From NCBI GenBank assembly GCA_000165425.1, contig CT868130.1, positions 62,001-126,000 on the forward strand: a stretch of DNA of 64,000 nucleotides, in the 5' to 3' direction. The stretch comes from Paramecium tetraurelia (lineage: Eukaryota). The notes under the pieces are model-generated. The model made no database searches. It worked only from the letters and a program-made list of their open reading frames with translations, and was not told the DNA's origin. A program made the position numbers and the translations under genes. Of the stretch, positions 37,416 through 52,060 are shown piece after piece. Positions within the stretch are counted from its first letter, which is position 1. Every line of letters starts with the position of its first letter.

Positions 37416-38084
37416 TTAAAAATAATTTCCTAAAATAATTATCTTATAAATATATAAATTCAATTGAGCATCACATTTTCAAATTTACTTGGCTTTAATT
37501 AGAGAATTCTTATTTAGTCAAGCTAGACGCATTGTTATCAGTTAATAAAGTTGCGTGTTATCTCAATGGTATTTAATATTTAGAAACAACCTTCATTTTT
37601 TATTCCCTTTTTTTTTATGATCTTCTAATCATATAAATTATTATCAAGCCTATAAATGATATCATTATCATCAATAAAACTATAAGCACATACTAATCTG
37701 AATTGAGTTTTTTTATGGCAGTCATGCTAAAGATTTTTTTTAATTCTAATTGTTTTATTATTAAATCTAAAGGTTAATAATTATATGATATCGGAGCATA
37801 AAAGAATCATTGGTTGTTTTAATGTATCCTCAAATTGAGTTGAATTTCAATCTGCATAAATAGATTTTCTTGAATTACAAATGATTATAAATATTATGGA
37901 AAAGGATATAACAAGCGATGGAATAGTTTTTGCTCATAGTTGACTCAAGATCAGGTAAAAACTACTTGTAAGAATGCAATTAATAGAATTTGTTTTAATA
38001 ATATAATTATATCAGTTGTAAGTATCTTGAGTTATTGGGATTAATATATATTTATTTAAGTTAATATAAGTTTTTATATATAAT

Positions 38085-40050
38085 TCATTATGTTTCATGT
38101 TATTTTTTCATTCTTTTTGGAATTTTAGTGTAAATCTTCTGAGGAGTAGTGATACATTCCTAATAGATTGATTAACATTCTCCTAATTCACCGGCGTCAA
38201 ATCTGATCTTGGATTGATTCAAAGGAATATCGTTTAAGAATTAATTCTAATTAGCTTAGCTCTTTTAAATTGATTAAAACAGTGCTTATATTTCCGGGTC
38301 TAGAGATTAAATTAGTTTTAGATTAACGCCTGATTTTCCTCCCTAAGAAATCACTTTTTCATATGCTTCAAAAGCCTCTTAAATAGCAATAGATTACAAC
38401 TATTAACTTTACTTTTAGAAATCTAAAACTTTAGCTTACTCTAAATCTTAAGGAATACTTGGTTTAGGCAAGTACTTAAATAATTTCTTCTATTCTTCAC
38501 TTAAAATGACATCTTTTAGCTAATCAAACTCAAATAATTTCTAAACTATCAATTTCACATCTAATTTCTCCATATATTTTTCTTTCGACACATTTAACAT
38601 TTTTTTTTTTTTTCTATCGCATCCAATACATATCCAAAGTATTTATCTAATGCTTGGATCTATTCGATTTTTCTTCTTTAAAATTACATTTAAACTTTCA
38701 TTCTAAAAGGATATTACTAATATTATTTACAATCATAACTTCTTGATTCGGTTCACTATTTAATCTCCCAGTATCTCTGGGAGATAAGAGTCTCCTCCTA
38801 CTCCTAACTATTCCAGCTAATGCATCAATGACCTTGTTATCATCGGACACGTTTGACTTATCCTTGGCATTATTGTAAGTAGTAAATTTAAACAGTTCAT
38901 TTGCCATATCTATGTCCAACATAATTTGGACTAACGGCTTTATAAAAGCAGCCAACAATAAAAATATCATTTAATATAAGCCCCCCACCCTGCTTAGAAT
39001 GGCTTAGACTTTTACGTATGATCTTTAGTATTCACTGTATTTTGGGCTGAGATTGATACTGTGTAACACTAAATATTCATTGTTGTATAAGTCTGTGGAT
39101 TCTCTTAGGGAATCTTAAATCAACACGTGCTATTCAGATACGTCCTCAAATACCAATCCTGAATCCGTTTATGTTTCGATCGCTTTAAATTGCTAAAATA
39201 TATTTTTAGAGGTGGTAATTGAAAATGTATAGTATTAAATGTTTATGATATCCAGGGACATATTCACAGCTCTGTTCATCTGTAATAAGGAATCACTTAG
39301 ATGAACGGCGTAAAAACCAGAATTAAGTTATTTTTTAATATCTTCAATTGGAGCGCAATCGGTCTTATTGGTTGAGTTCTTACATACTGAAACAGTCACA
39401 GTCAAAGAAGAATAAATCTGACTTGTCTTAATCCCTTGTAATACCTAGTGTGAGAATAAAATAACTTTTCTTACAGGTGGATGACTATCCCAATAATCCT
39501 TTTGTATGCATTAAACCGACCCCAATCTAATCCTCGAAAAATAGTCAATTTAGGTTTCAGATAAAAAATGTTCTCTGGTGCATGCTTCCAAGGGTAGGAT
39601 GGTGCAACTAGTTTATATTTTAGTTTACTTCCTTGTAACATTCGAAATCTGAGTGGTCTCATTATAAATCCTAGTGGTTTGGCAATTTTTCAGTTAAATC
39701 GTAAAGTACTTATTAATGGTTGTCAAAGGTTGACTATTTAGATCGGCCATGGTGAGAGCGATGGTGAAGTTATTCCTATTAAGAATAAATGGCTAAATAT
39801 ATAGCAAAAATACCGATGTCTCGATGACTTGTCTTTCTGACGAAATCACATTAGGAGAATCTTTGGCTATTAATTCTTGGATTCCGACAGCTAAGTAGGC
39901 TAGAGCAAAGAATATAGTTCCCATTGTCAAAAGTGCCCCCAGAGTTGAATTGTATTTTTATTTTCCCAAAATTCTAAATGCTGGTGGCTATCCAAACATG
40001 TCAAATTGTAAAAAGAATTCTTTGAGATGTCCTAAAGCTGATGATTGCAT
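38085..40050 (-). CDS. Ciliate-expanded two-TM protein with large extracellular loop
   Basis: FDMFGQPPAFRILG...STLGALLT-TM1-KDSPNVISSE; Cys-containing loop; RSYVKVQAILSRVGGLYQ-TM2; LDVKLIVQKLFEFDQLK...FKYLPKP. Confidence 0.85.
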
Positions 40051-40478
40051 CTAAATATACAATATTAATTATATTATAAGCTAAATCCTAATTGAAATAA
40101 TTAACTAATCAATCTTAATTTTTAAATTTTACATAAAAATTAATTGATGTTAATCACAACGCTTCTCTAAACAAGTGGAGTTTAGAGAAGAAAATTGAAT
40201 AGATCTTCTATAGAACATTCATCAAATTGAAGACTTAAATGATGATTATTTATATTATTTGACATTAAATTTTAATTGTACAAATAATTATAACTCTCAT
40301 TCAGTATAACAATTTCATTAGCAATAAGTCGTTTTTATAAATACACATTTACAAGATTGATTATTATTGAAATTGAAAGAGGACAAAGTTTCCTTACCTT
40401 GGGTACTTATTAGCTTCACTTTATATAAAAATGATCCGATATTAAAAATGTGATAATTGAAGTTTTTATAAATAATTA

Positions 40479-41993
40479 ATGTCCACAGTAATTGGAAAGG
40501 GATAACAAGCTTATAATGAAACGACAACATAAAGGAGAAAAAATGAAGCCAATTTGAGAGTCACCTTACAATACTACTCTAAATATGGAAAATTGACTGA
40601 TGATCATTCATTAGAATAGGTTGCTCCAGGTTTGGCCAGTTTGGAATTCATGAAGCGTAATTGTCCTGAGCGAACGAAGCTTGAAGAGTTTTGTATACAA
40701 TCAGGACAATACTTTGAATTTGAACAGTACAAATAGGGAGACATCATATTTCATTATGGAGACATAGGCGATAAGGTGTATATTATTCTCAAAGGGGATG
40801 TTGCCGTACTGGTACCAAGAGCTGAAAGTGAAATAGTAGCAGAGAGAGAAGAGATAAGTTAAGCCAAATTACCTTTTGAGTTTGAAATGTTTTAGAGAAA
40901 TAAGAAACCTTCAAAATCAATTTAAATAGAAGTATAATTAGCATAGTAGAACTCAAACTTTTATTTCAAAGATAATGTTTGTTTGTTTAAGAAGGTGTTC
41001 CAATTTTACTCTGGATAATCATTTGGAGATGTGGCTCTAATTTCAGATAAACCAAGAACCGCTAGTATCTTGGTCACATCTGATCAAATCTATTTAATTA
41101 GCATGTGTAAAAAGGATTTTAAGATCTCATGTGAGAAATCAGTTCTGGAGATGAATTAGACTCTAGATTACTTTGTTACAGTGCTTCCTTATATAGGTAA
41201 AATGTAAATATCTAAATTCATACAATTTTTCCATAAAACTGACTTCTCTCCCTAACAGTGGTTATGGAAAGAAGGAGAGCAAGTCAAATTTTTTATATTG
41301 ATTCTAAAAGGAAGGGTTGAAATTAAATAATAGTAAATGCCCTTATATTAAGTATCTGACAATTCCTTCATTGGTCATGAAGAGATCCTAGAAGGCCTGA
41401 CTCTACGACAATACGGTTGCAAAACATTGGACAATACAATAGCATATTTAATGGATTATGAAGATTTCAACGTCGCCAGAAAAAATGCTCCAGACATCGT
41501 TAAAGTACTAATAGAAAAGGCAAAGTTGATGACTTCTTACCTTGAAAGAAGAAAAGAGGAAGTGAAGAAAGGACAAACCAATGTGTAACCACTGTACTAC
41601 CCAGTGGAAAGAAGACTGATTTAGGATATGTTTGTCATTAAGTCTCCTCGGAATAACGAGGTTAGATCGAATCAACCTAAATTTTTAAGTTATTTTGACA
41701 TAACCAAGTTTAATAAGAAGAAAGCCAAGCCTAATCCTATAAATTAATAGCAATCTATTTCAGAGGACTTATATTTCTCAAAAGAAAAGAACCTAAAAAC
41801 TACTCGATCTCCTTCTAATTATACTTAAAGAGTTTCACCGATGACTAAATAGATGAAAGAGATTCTACTGAAGAAGTTTAAGTTGAATTTTAGATTTAAT
41901 GCTGTGGGGTCACTTAAAATTAGTTCTTGTAAGTCTGCTAATGATTTGAGGAACAAGAGTCGATTTAAAACAGATGCAAGCATTGATAATTGA
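40479..41993 (+). CDS. Cyclic-nucleotide-binding domain protein (two CNB-like domains)
   Basis: YKQGDIIFHYGDIGDKVYIILKGDV; GQSFGDVALISDKPRTASI; second domain LWKEGEQVKFFILILKG...FIGHEE; 504-aa frame. Confidence 0.9.
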
Positions 41994-42035
41994 TTAATTT
42001 ATTATTTGCTATTTTATGTAAATATATTTAGCCTA

Positions 42036-45000
42036 TCATTCTAATAAAGCGACAGATTTTTTATTTCTACGATTCCAGAAATATAATAATAAACACAATG
42101 TAACCAAAAGTATGATAATGCCACCCAAGACTCCAACTAAAATCCAAATCCAAGAGTGACTAAAATTATAAATAGATAGATTTACTCCGATTCATCATCA
42201 TCATCATCATTATCATCTACATAAACTAAATTCACTACTCCTGAGGCCTTTCCATAATAATTACTAACAGTGATTGTAATTGGCTACTCTTCGACTGATG
42301 TAAGACTCTCAAAATTGATTATGGAATTTTATTGATATTGATATTTTATTAAATTATGGATGCCTCTTGTCTCATCATATTTTAAATTTGCAAAGAAATA
42401 TGTGCTATTATCTTCTACTTCAACCGTCAATACAATTTAATTTGATAGAGTACCCTTATAATTCTCATATAAGGCATAATGACTAGTAATAGTCTTAGTA
42501 ACATTACTGTCAACTAATTCGTACATCACTAATATTGCATCTTGACCTTTTCTATAAGGTACTAAGACATAATTCAGATAAGTTGCAACCTTATTTACAC
42601 TTGTCCATGATCCAAAGGGAGTCAACACAAATTTTAATTTAATTTTATCCAATATTAAATCTGGAAGATTCCCAATCTCAAAAGGAATGCCAAAGACATA
42701 TTATGCAACATTGTTAGTTTGAATCAACAAATTGAATGTTTATAGAGTTCCTTACATCTCAGATGAGATCAACTTAATAGTTTAGAATTCTGTATTCTCA
42801 TGCACATAAAATTGATCATTCTAATAATTTCTTAATTCAAAATGTTCTATATTAGGTATATAACTAAAATCTAACAATTTGAAGTGATTTATTCTTAAAC
42901 CAAAATTTAGATCTGTGAAAAATACGGTGTAAAACTAATTGTGTTTAATCACTTAGAAACTTGCAATTTTCAATGAATTTAAATTTAATAGTTGCGCATT
43001 GATGCTTCTTGATAGAGTTAAAGTTTTATCAGCATTTATGTAAAATGCCTGAATTGAAGATTCAAACTATGTCAAATCTTGGGGATTGCTATCTAAAATA
43101 AATAAATGATTGTTATTGAATAATTAGACACCACTGATTCTTTTTGTATTAGGAACTGTAATTTTTGAAACAACAGTACATTCCAAATTAGTACCGCAAT
43201 CTACAATTAAGATTTACGGAGTTGCCGCAAGGACTGAAACAACAAGGTACTTTCGATCTTCAGAAATATATAATCCATCTGTTTATTCCAAAATCGAAAG
43301 ACCCAAGGTGAATACCTTTTCAAATTATCCATCTCTTTTGGCAAACACTAATTGCTTGGAAGTTAAGAAAACTCCATAATGAGCATCATAGATCAATCCA
43401 TCAATGAAATTATAGAATAAATTCAGACCATCACTAACGCTTCGTATCTATGGCTATAATTTTGCCTATGAACATGATTTGCAATCAATTGATATCTGAG
43501 TTATCTGACCTGTATAGAGTTTGGTATCTATCATCAGAGATGCAGATTCACTGTCTTTTTTCACTTTGAAGCTCTAATTTTGAGGGTTTTCGAATATAGG
43601 TTGACTGTGAGTGTCCAAAACAGATATTTATTTGTAAATATTCTTGCTTGAATAATCGTTGGATGCCTTTACACCAGTCACTACCTTATTCAAATAGTTA
43701 TCTGAATGTATCTTACTCTATACTGAGAATAAGGAATCTTATAAAACTGAATAGACTTTTTATTAAAAATGCAAAAACATTTAAAGTCCTCCATCTACTT
43801 CTACTGTTGTATCAACTTTACCTTCAAGTTTTATTACTTTTTTTAATGATTAATGAGACAAGACTCCGGGCTCATAAATTAAAATCACAGTTTATTTATC
43901 ATCTTAACCTCTCACAAAAAGCCATCCAGATTCCTCACAAGAATCAGCTACAATGGAATCTTGCAATTTATAATTATATAATGGGAGAGTCTTGGTTCTG
44001 TAGATAACTTATAAGTGTTTGTAATTGTATTCATCTATTCGAAAATCCGTTGCAGTTTTTTATAATAAGTAAAAATAGTGTTTACCAATAGCAATTTTAA
44101 TCTATGAATCTGGGAGTGTGGTTATTGTTTGAATTGTAGTGAAGGCTCCACCATTTGATAAAAGAGCGAGATTGCCAATGATTACTTAACTTGAAGTTTG
44201 GATAAAGATTAAATCAATTAATCTATTTCCAAAAACATTAAGAGGTTACACAATATCAGAAATAGTATAAGCTAAATTAAAAGGGATAAATTAATCATAA
44301 ACTAAAATCTTATTTTGAATCACTACAAACATTTTATTATAAAGTACATTGAATGATTATATCTTCTCCTCTAAAGTAAGCTTATCATACTCAGCAAATG
44401 ATTTGCTTTCTTTATCAAAACCATATAAATGGATTTACTTTTCTGATTCTTAAATAACAAAGAATATCTTCTTAGTCTCAAACCACCAATGAAATGTTGT
44501 TTTAGTAAGTATGCTTTAGAAGGCAACTTATTTGAGTAAATTGCATTCGGCTTCAACATTTTTTAATTGATCATGCTAGCATTCATAGATATAAGCTTCC
44601 TTTGATTCCAATTATTATAAAAGTTAAAATTTGTCCACATCTATCACTTAAATATCAGTGAAAACTACATGTTCTTATTGAATTTTAATATTTAATTTCC
44701 ACATCTCTTGAATGTCAATGACAATACTGTCAGAGGTAGTGGCATCCACTGGCGTATAGGATATGTCTGGTCCTATTGCCAATAGATCAACATTAAAAGG
44801 ATCAGAAGGTATAGTAAGTGCTGAAGGAAGAGCATTAAATCCTGTTTCGTAAAGTTGTGTGTCAGTTGAATATACTATTTGAATTTTTAAATCAATACTG
44901 CATTGATTACCTGATTTTGATTGTGCGAGTATTTTGGTTTGATACAATTAATCTGTTTTGGAATCTTATTTTTACAGTCTAAGAATTCCATCATTAATTA

Positions 45001-46305
45001 AAAATCTATGAGTTGATACAAAGTTGACTCCAATCAGATCAGGTTCATAAGGATTAATAATAATAATATCGACAACATCCTCAAAAAAGGAGTAGAGCAA
45101 CTATTTCTAATCATAAATGAATATTTTTTCTTGATATTTCAACACTATATATTTTTAACTGATTTCAATTTGAATGTTAACACCTTATACTTTTCCAGGT
45201 AATTGCAATAAGCCTTTTGGTTCATTGTTTTAAAAATATTAAATTCTATCCTCATAGACCAATGCCAACTAAGCAATTTAACCATCTTAAGTGAATAAGT
45301 AATTAAAATCGAAGGCATAGATCTACTCTCCAAAATTCAATCTAGACCATTCTTTAACTAACCACTTCTGAGACTATAAGATCTTGAGGACGTAGATTCC
45401 GTTGAAGGAGTCCAAAATAAATAGGTCTCCGTTAGGTTCTACTTGCATATCGAGAAGTACAAAATTAAAGGTTTACTATTAATTTAATAATATTGCCAAA
45501 CTTTCAGAGTCAAGTGTCAACCATGGCTCTACAGTAATATTACCATCTTTGACTTGAAAAACTTCCACAAGGGACCCTTTACCTTCCTAGTATTGACCTC
45601 TTATGATAAACTATTATGAGCCTGTGACGTATTCAAAAGTATGCACCAATAATTATCGAATTGATGGCGCATCAAATTTTTAAATGTTTTCAATAAATGT
45701 TACCTTCTCTGTTGTATCCACTTCGACGAAGTAATTTTTATCTAAGTTTTTACAATCAACTATAAATTTAGTTTGAGAAAGAAAGTCAACGTCAGAACAT
45801 CTAAAATTGGCATCTCTTTTTTGCACAGATATGTAGTTGTCAAATTAAGGAACTTTGTTATTCTCAGTTGGTTGTCTATTGTAAAACAGTCATAATACCC
45901 TATATAATAAAAGATATCAACAGATGTATTATCCTATTCTATAAATACGAAACTATTCAACCAGGCGCCTGTCAATTGATTGACATATGGCTTTAATGAT
46001 ATGATTGTGTCACCAACTAAATCTATTAAATTCTATAATAACATGTTTTATGCATTATTGAAGGCCCCAATTAATGCAAAGGTTATTGAACTTCGAAATA
46101 TTTTGATGGTTTTTCTCCCAAAGAAAAAGTTAAATCTTCTCCAGAAAAAAATGCTTCTCTGATGTTCCATTCATATAATTCTTCAACGCTTGCGTAAATT
46201 GAGTAATCACTCTTTAATTTTTCTAATTATAAGTGATTTCATACAGCATTCTTGGAGGGTCAAAAGAAATAATTGAAGAATGGTAAATATTCTGTATATC
46301 ATCAT
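42036..46305 (-). CDS. Very large type-I membrane protein with beta-rich ectodomain (paralog A)
   Basis: Signal peptide; YSIYASVEELYEW; roughly 1400 codons; acidic DDDDDDE stalk, intron, then WIWILVGVLGGIIILL TM and a short tail ending SVALLE. Confidence 0.8.
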
Positions 46306-46330
46306 ATTTAATAAATAATATATAGTATTT

Positions 46331-47267
46331 TCAATTTTTCTTAGGAATAAGTTTTATCTTCTTCTGTTATTACGATTAAATTTATGAATTATGGGATATT
46401 TATGTAGATTATAATTATTATTTTTATTTTGCATGCTAATGTAAACCTTTGAGTCCTTTCCTCATTAACAACAATTTTTATATTTGATCCAATTTCTCCT
46501 AGATGAATTGGTATCTCTTTTTCTTTTGCCCATATTCATGCCATTTAGAGAAGGAGAATCTTAAAATATAGATGTTTTTTGATTTTTAATATTCTAAATA
46601 AAATATTTAACCGAATTACCTTGCAGTCTCAATTTTCTTAGATATAAGATGGCTTTTAGCCTGTAAAAGTACTTTCTAATGATGCAGAAACTTCTAAAAT
46701 GCTTGGATTTGAATGCTAAGTGCTTTTGAAAATTAGCAAATAACTTAAATTTATTCCAATATTTTCTTAATCTAAAATTATCAGCTATTTTATTCGAATG
46801 CAAATCGTCATCCTTTGTGATAGTTGAAAGAACACTTTTTGAGGATTCTCTCCCTGGTGTTACAAACTTAACTTCATTTCTGGGAGTTTTAGATCGTGCT
46901 AATTTCTTGCTCACACTTTTACGATTCAAATCCTTTTTTGGTGGACTGTATGGTAATTGCAATTTATATGGTTGAGGCTATTGACTTTGTATTTTCCAAG
47001 CCAAGAAAATATCTTTTAGGTTTCTCTGATTTATTTTATTGCTAAACTTAAACTGAAATTATTAGATACTAGTTCTATGATCTGAAATTCTCTTTTCATT
47101 TATTCAATCATGTTTATCATCAAAGGTTAATATGCACTCGCTAGACTTTTCAAATAATAATTGTTCAGCTTTTCTAAGCCGATTTTTACTTTTTAAGGGT
47201 CTGGCTTTTTTGAATGCTTAGTTTATTTTGGTTAATTAAAGTATGAAGTTTTAATAAATGCTCTCAT
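46331..47267 (-). CDS. Hypothetical basic protein with Sfi1-like F-x-x-W motifs
   Basis: A frame is restored by 23-nt and 26-nt introns; LKDIFLAWK, LRKYWNKFK, IRKYFYRLK, LRFSFSKWH. Confidence 0.6.
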
Positions 47268-47465
47268 CAATATATAAAATATTAATAAGTTAAAATTTAA
47301 ATTTAAATCTCTAAAAATTGATTTCTTCAATAATTCTATCAATTAAATTCTCTACTTTGTGAGTGTTCAAGAGATATAGTAACACCTTATCTAGTAGGGT
47401 AAAGACTTAAAAATATTAAAATTAATATCTAATGATAACTTGAATTTAATTTAAAATTGATATGT

Positions 47466-50400
47466 TCACTATTGCATTAAAGAAACCTTAGCGCTATCTG
47501 TTACCATGATAGGTTTTTTAATAATTTTGGTATAAACAAAATATCCAACTACGCCAATCAATGCTAAGGATCCAATGACACCTAAGAGTATCCAAAGCCA
47601 AAGTAGAGAACTTCGATAATTATTATGATGTATACCTGCCTTTGTCATCATCATCTGGTTTAGGAGGTACTGATTTATTGATTATTTCGAAAAGTCCATT
47701 TGCAAAACTATAATCATTTTCTACTTTCAAATATACTGGTTAGGATTTTATTTAAACTCCATTTATAATGGCTACTCTTGCAAAGTCATAGATTGGATAT
47801 TTCATCAACACGTAAGCTTAAGTTTTTTCGCTTTTAATAATATTTTAATACACGGCAGGCTTAAATATAACTAGAAAATATTACACTCTTAGAAATAGGA
47901 TCTTATTACAAAACCAGAGCAAACATTCTGGAAGTACTCTCCAAAGCTTCCAAGGTGGCTCCTGTCATAGTGATCACAGTTGTATTTGTATTTGTAGCTG
48001 CAGTTAATTGGGGTAATTTGTACACACTTATGAGTAAATGAGTGTAGTTAGTATAAGGAATCACAGCATATTCTTGGCTGACAGTCAGTTTATTTAATGC
48101 TTAATAAACTCCATATTAGTTAAGAATGAAAGGAATCATAATGGTACTTTTAACAGGTGAACCTTAATTCAAAGGATTTGTTATGTCATAGGAAAATGTT
48201 ATTCCATATTGGGCCACATTGTTAGTTGTTATTAGAGTGGTGATGTTGAGTAGGTTGGTTTAGGTAGATATGGATAGCACTCTAATTTAATAGAATTTAG
48301 TATTCGACTTGACAGCGAAATTTTGATTTAAAATATTTGTTAAGGAGAATGAGTCTTTGTGATTATCCTTTATCAGTCCATTATCTAAATAAAGTTGAAT
48401 GAAATAGGTTGTTTATCCAGTCGTTTAAAGTAGAATCTTTTAGTATTATGTATTGCCTTGTTGGAATTATGCAATGTCAAAATCTGAAATGTAGAAATCA
48501 GAGTCAGTCTTCTATCCGAAATATTGAGCATCAAAAATCTTTTCATTTTTTAGACTCCATTGGGCTTCTAATTACATTTAATAAGCATGGAGACTTCCTT
48601 AATAATCTTTAGGATTGTCTAAGTTGGAATCAAGAAGATACAACACTGAGTTTACATATCTAATTTTAGAAATCTGTTTAAGATTCAATTAAATTGGTGT
48701 AGTTGATTAGATAGGAGTACACTTTTACTGTGACAAATCACAACTTGCTACATAAAGTATTTACTATGATTAATCATCAGTGCAAGATACTACAATAAAT
48801 TGATTGTAGGTTGTGATTGATTAGCAATATAATCCGACATCAATTTTTGAAATGAATTTGATTGTGTCATCATCGTTTTGGAATATTAAGGATTTTGGAG
48901 ATGATAAATAAACTACTGTATCCTTAAACTTTGAGCCATCTATAATGTTGTGACTAGCAAATTCAACATTACTCAAATTAGCAGCTTCAAAAGGATTCTT
49001 AATTTCTATTACACCTTTTTAGCATTACAAACAATCTATTTAAAATTTAGTAACATGACCTAAATACCACCCATTATTTTCTAATTTTATATATTGGATA
49101 GTGTTTACTGCATCGAATTCATAACGATTCTTGCTAAGTATGGTTTCATTGAGTCTTACTATTGATTATGTATTGATGAATTTGACTGGATAACTTACGG
49201 CCAAACTAGTATCCGATAACGAATTCTGAATGCTTACTCTAGCATTTAAATTGGTTGTGTAAGTTTCACTAAGATGAGTAGGCCTAATTTCCATTAGTGA
49301 ATCTCTTAATACCACAACTAAATGCTATGTCTTTAGATCATTGAAATAAACAAACATTTGATCGAACCCTGAAGCAGCAGTTTCGATTACTTATGAATCT
49401 GGAATATTTAAATGCGTTTTTAGAACCTTATGCAAAGAATTCCTATATAGAATATTAGATTCATAAATTAGAAATACTGTCTCACTCAGAATCTTATCAA
49501 AGGCTCTAATAAACAAGAATCCTGTTTCATAGACAAAATCAATTGTCAATGGCAATTATAATTTGTATCTATTATAAAGAGGTAAGGATTTCATTAAATA
49601 GATGTCATTAAGGTTTTCATAGTTATACTCCTTTAACGAGTCTTCCCCTTCCAACGATGTGATGATGAAAAATGTTTTTTAACCAATAGCTAATTCAATC
49701 TAGGAGCCTCGTTTATATTGGAATGCATCGATAAGGGTGAAATGATACCTTTGGTCCCCTAAGATTACGCAATCCTCAGTTACTATGAATATGAATTCGC
49801 TTTTGACAAAGACATTCCCATAGACTTTTATTGGAGTGAATGTGCAATTCAGATTATAAGAATTAATTAAGTCTTCGTCTATTGGGAATTTTTAGACAGC
49901 TGGGACTATTCCAGAGATTACATCAATTTCTTTCTTATATTGCAATACAATAAAGATATTTTATTTCAAGGATGTAAATGAAGTAATCCTATTTTCAGGT
50001 TTTTCTTCATAAGTGATATTTGCTATTTTATAATGACTATTATCGAATGATTGATAGATTTCGATTTCATAGTCACTAACTTAAAATTAAAAGTTTAAGG
50101 CTTCTGAATCAAATGTAAACCAATCAAATTGAGAGTTGAATCTATTTAATGTAATTGGTAATGTGAATTCATCCTATTTTTCACATGTGCAATGATTATC
50201 ATTATAATTTACTGTAGAACAATCCCAAATAATGGCTGTCTTATTTTTATGTTATAAAAACAAATAAAATTTATTAGAAGATGTGTGATGAGGGTCAACG
50301 AGAACATCTGCATACACCACACTTGCAGCATCAAACCATTTAATTTCCTTAACTTCTAATTCCCATAAGAAATGCACTGTGACTTCAACATCAACATGAT

Positions 50401-52060
50401 CCACGTCTGGTGTGACATAATCCAGGTTTGGTCCTGAGGCCAAGTCTTGTAGACTAAAAGGTAAGGCAGGAAAAGTGATCATAGGTGGAAAAGGGTTATG
50501 ACCTAATTCTAACACTTTAGTATTGTCTGGTAGTAATATTTAATAATTGATAATTGATTGACACACCGAGTTTCCATCAGTTGCTACTAATTTAAGTGTG
50601 TTTTTCTCAATCAGATTTGTATTCTAGCATTCTAAATAGCCATCACTTAATTCATATCTTCGAGATATGGTTTCAGATACAACGACGACATCTGGAGCAT
50701 AGGGATTCACAAGGTAATTCGAAGATATCAACATTTCTTTATGTAACAAATAATTTTTTTCTGTGTTGTAAAGGTACAGAGTTTACTAATTGACTACCAC
50801 TACGTATTATTAACTTAAGGAAACTTATGCAGTATAAGTGGCTGTAAATGGTAATCTAAATCCTCTTTCCATTCTATCATTAAGATAAGTCATTAGATTT
50901 TATTCATATACAATTGCTATATGTAAATAAGAATTTCCATCTTCAAGCAATCTATTATTTATATCAAAGGCATAAGCTTTAGCCTTTCCATTGTATTGTA
51001 ATGTTTGAACATATTTCCAATCTCCTTCCTCAGTAACTTTATAAACATAAATTCCTTCTGTTTAATCTAAAATGTAAACTCTACCATTAGGCATGACCTT
51101 GAAATCTATCAATGTAAAATTAACAGCTTTCTTGATATCAGCACTGATTCTTGCTTTGTTTAGAATATTTCCTGTGTCTTTTATTATGCCATCATCATTT
51201 CTCATCAGCAAATCAATAGAACAATCATTATCTAGAACAGTCAAATTTCCAGTTTCTGAATTAAAGGCCTATTAACCCCTTAATAGCATTCTAATTGGCT
51301 ACTTAGGTTATGGGGCTACTAACTCGTTTTCTTCACCCATATTTGTTTTATAATATACATGATATTAAAACTTACGTCCTTTTACTGATTTATAGTTTTA
51401 ATGATTAGGAACTTCCTATCGATTTGCAAGTGCTGTGTCGGGACTGTCATTCTAAGTCACAAAATACAAATAATTTTTCATTGGCTAATCTGATTAGCTG
51501 CTTCTTTCTGCACAGTCAACTATCCACAATTCTGGATTAATATATTCTATGTCGAAGCAATCTATCAATTATTCACTTCTGGTAAGCTAAACTTTTTTAT
51601 CGAAATTTGGAGTTTAGTCCATATCTATCACAGATCTAAATTCTTAACATATATATTACCCAATTGCAAAATATATGTCATATTGTCTTTTACTAGAATC
51701 CATTTCTAAATAGGCGAAGTGATTTGTCCATGCCCCTGTACTTGCAATGTCGTAAGCCCTCAATGCATAAGCAACACTTTAAACTAACTTATCTAGAATG
51801 TTATTACCTCCTTAATGGTCTTTTTCTGGAGCAATTTAAGCAAAGGCTGGATGGTATTCCATGAAACTTGATTGTGTTAAAGTATAATTTAGTCCGCTTC
51901 CTTTTATTAATGAATCTGCTTGCCATCTATAAACTTCTCCCAAACTGGTGTAATATGTAATATTTGGTTAAACAGTAACTAAATGTTATACAAATCAGAT
52001 ACCGCACTATTGCAATGATGGCACAATCAGATTGATTAAAAGAGCTATGAATAATTTCAT
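47466..52060 (-). CDS. Very large type-I membrane protein with beta-rich ectodomain (paralog B)
   Basis: Signal peptide; YYTSLGEVYRW; roughly 1500 codons; DDDD stalk, intron, then LWLWILLGVIGSLALIG TM and a tail ending KVSLMQQ. Confidence 0.8.

Noticed and set aside
38600..38613. T14 run as a slippery or frameshift site
   Set aside because: The minus-strand frame reads through intact (RKKKKML).
47104..47106. In-frame TGA suggesting selenocysteine or readthrough
   Set aside because: The ATG at 47267 uses another frame and a 23-nt intron joins it to the downstream exon, so the TGA is out of frame.
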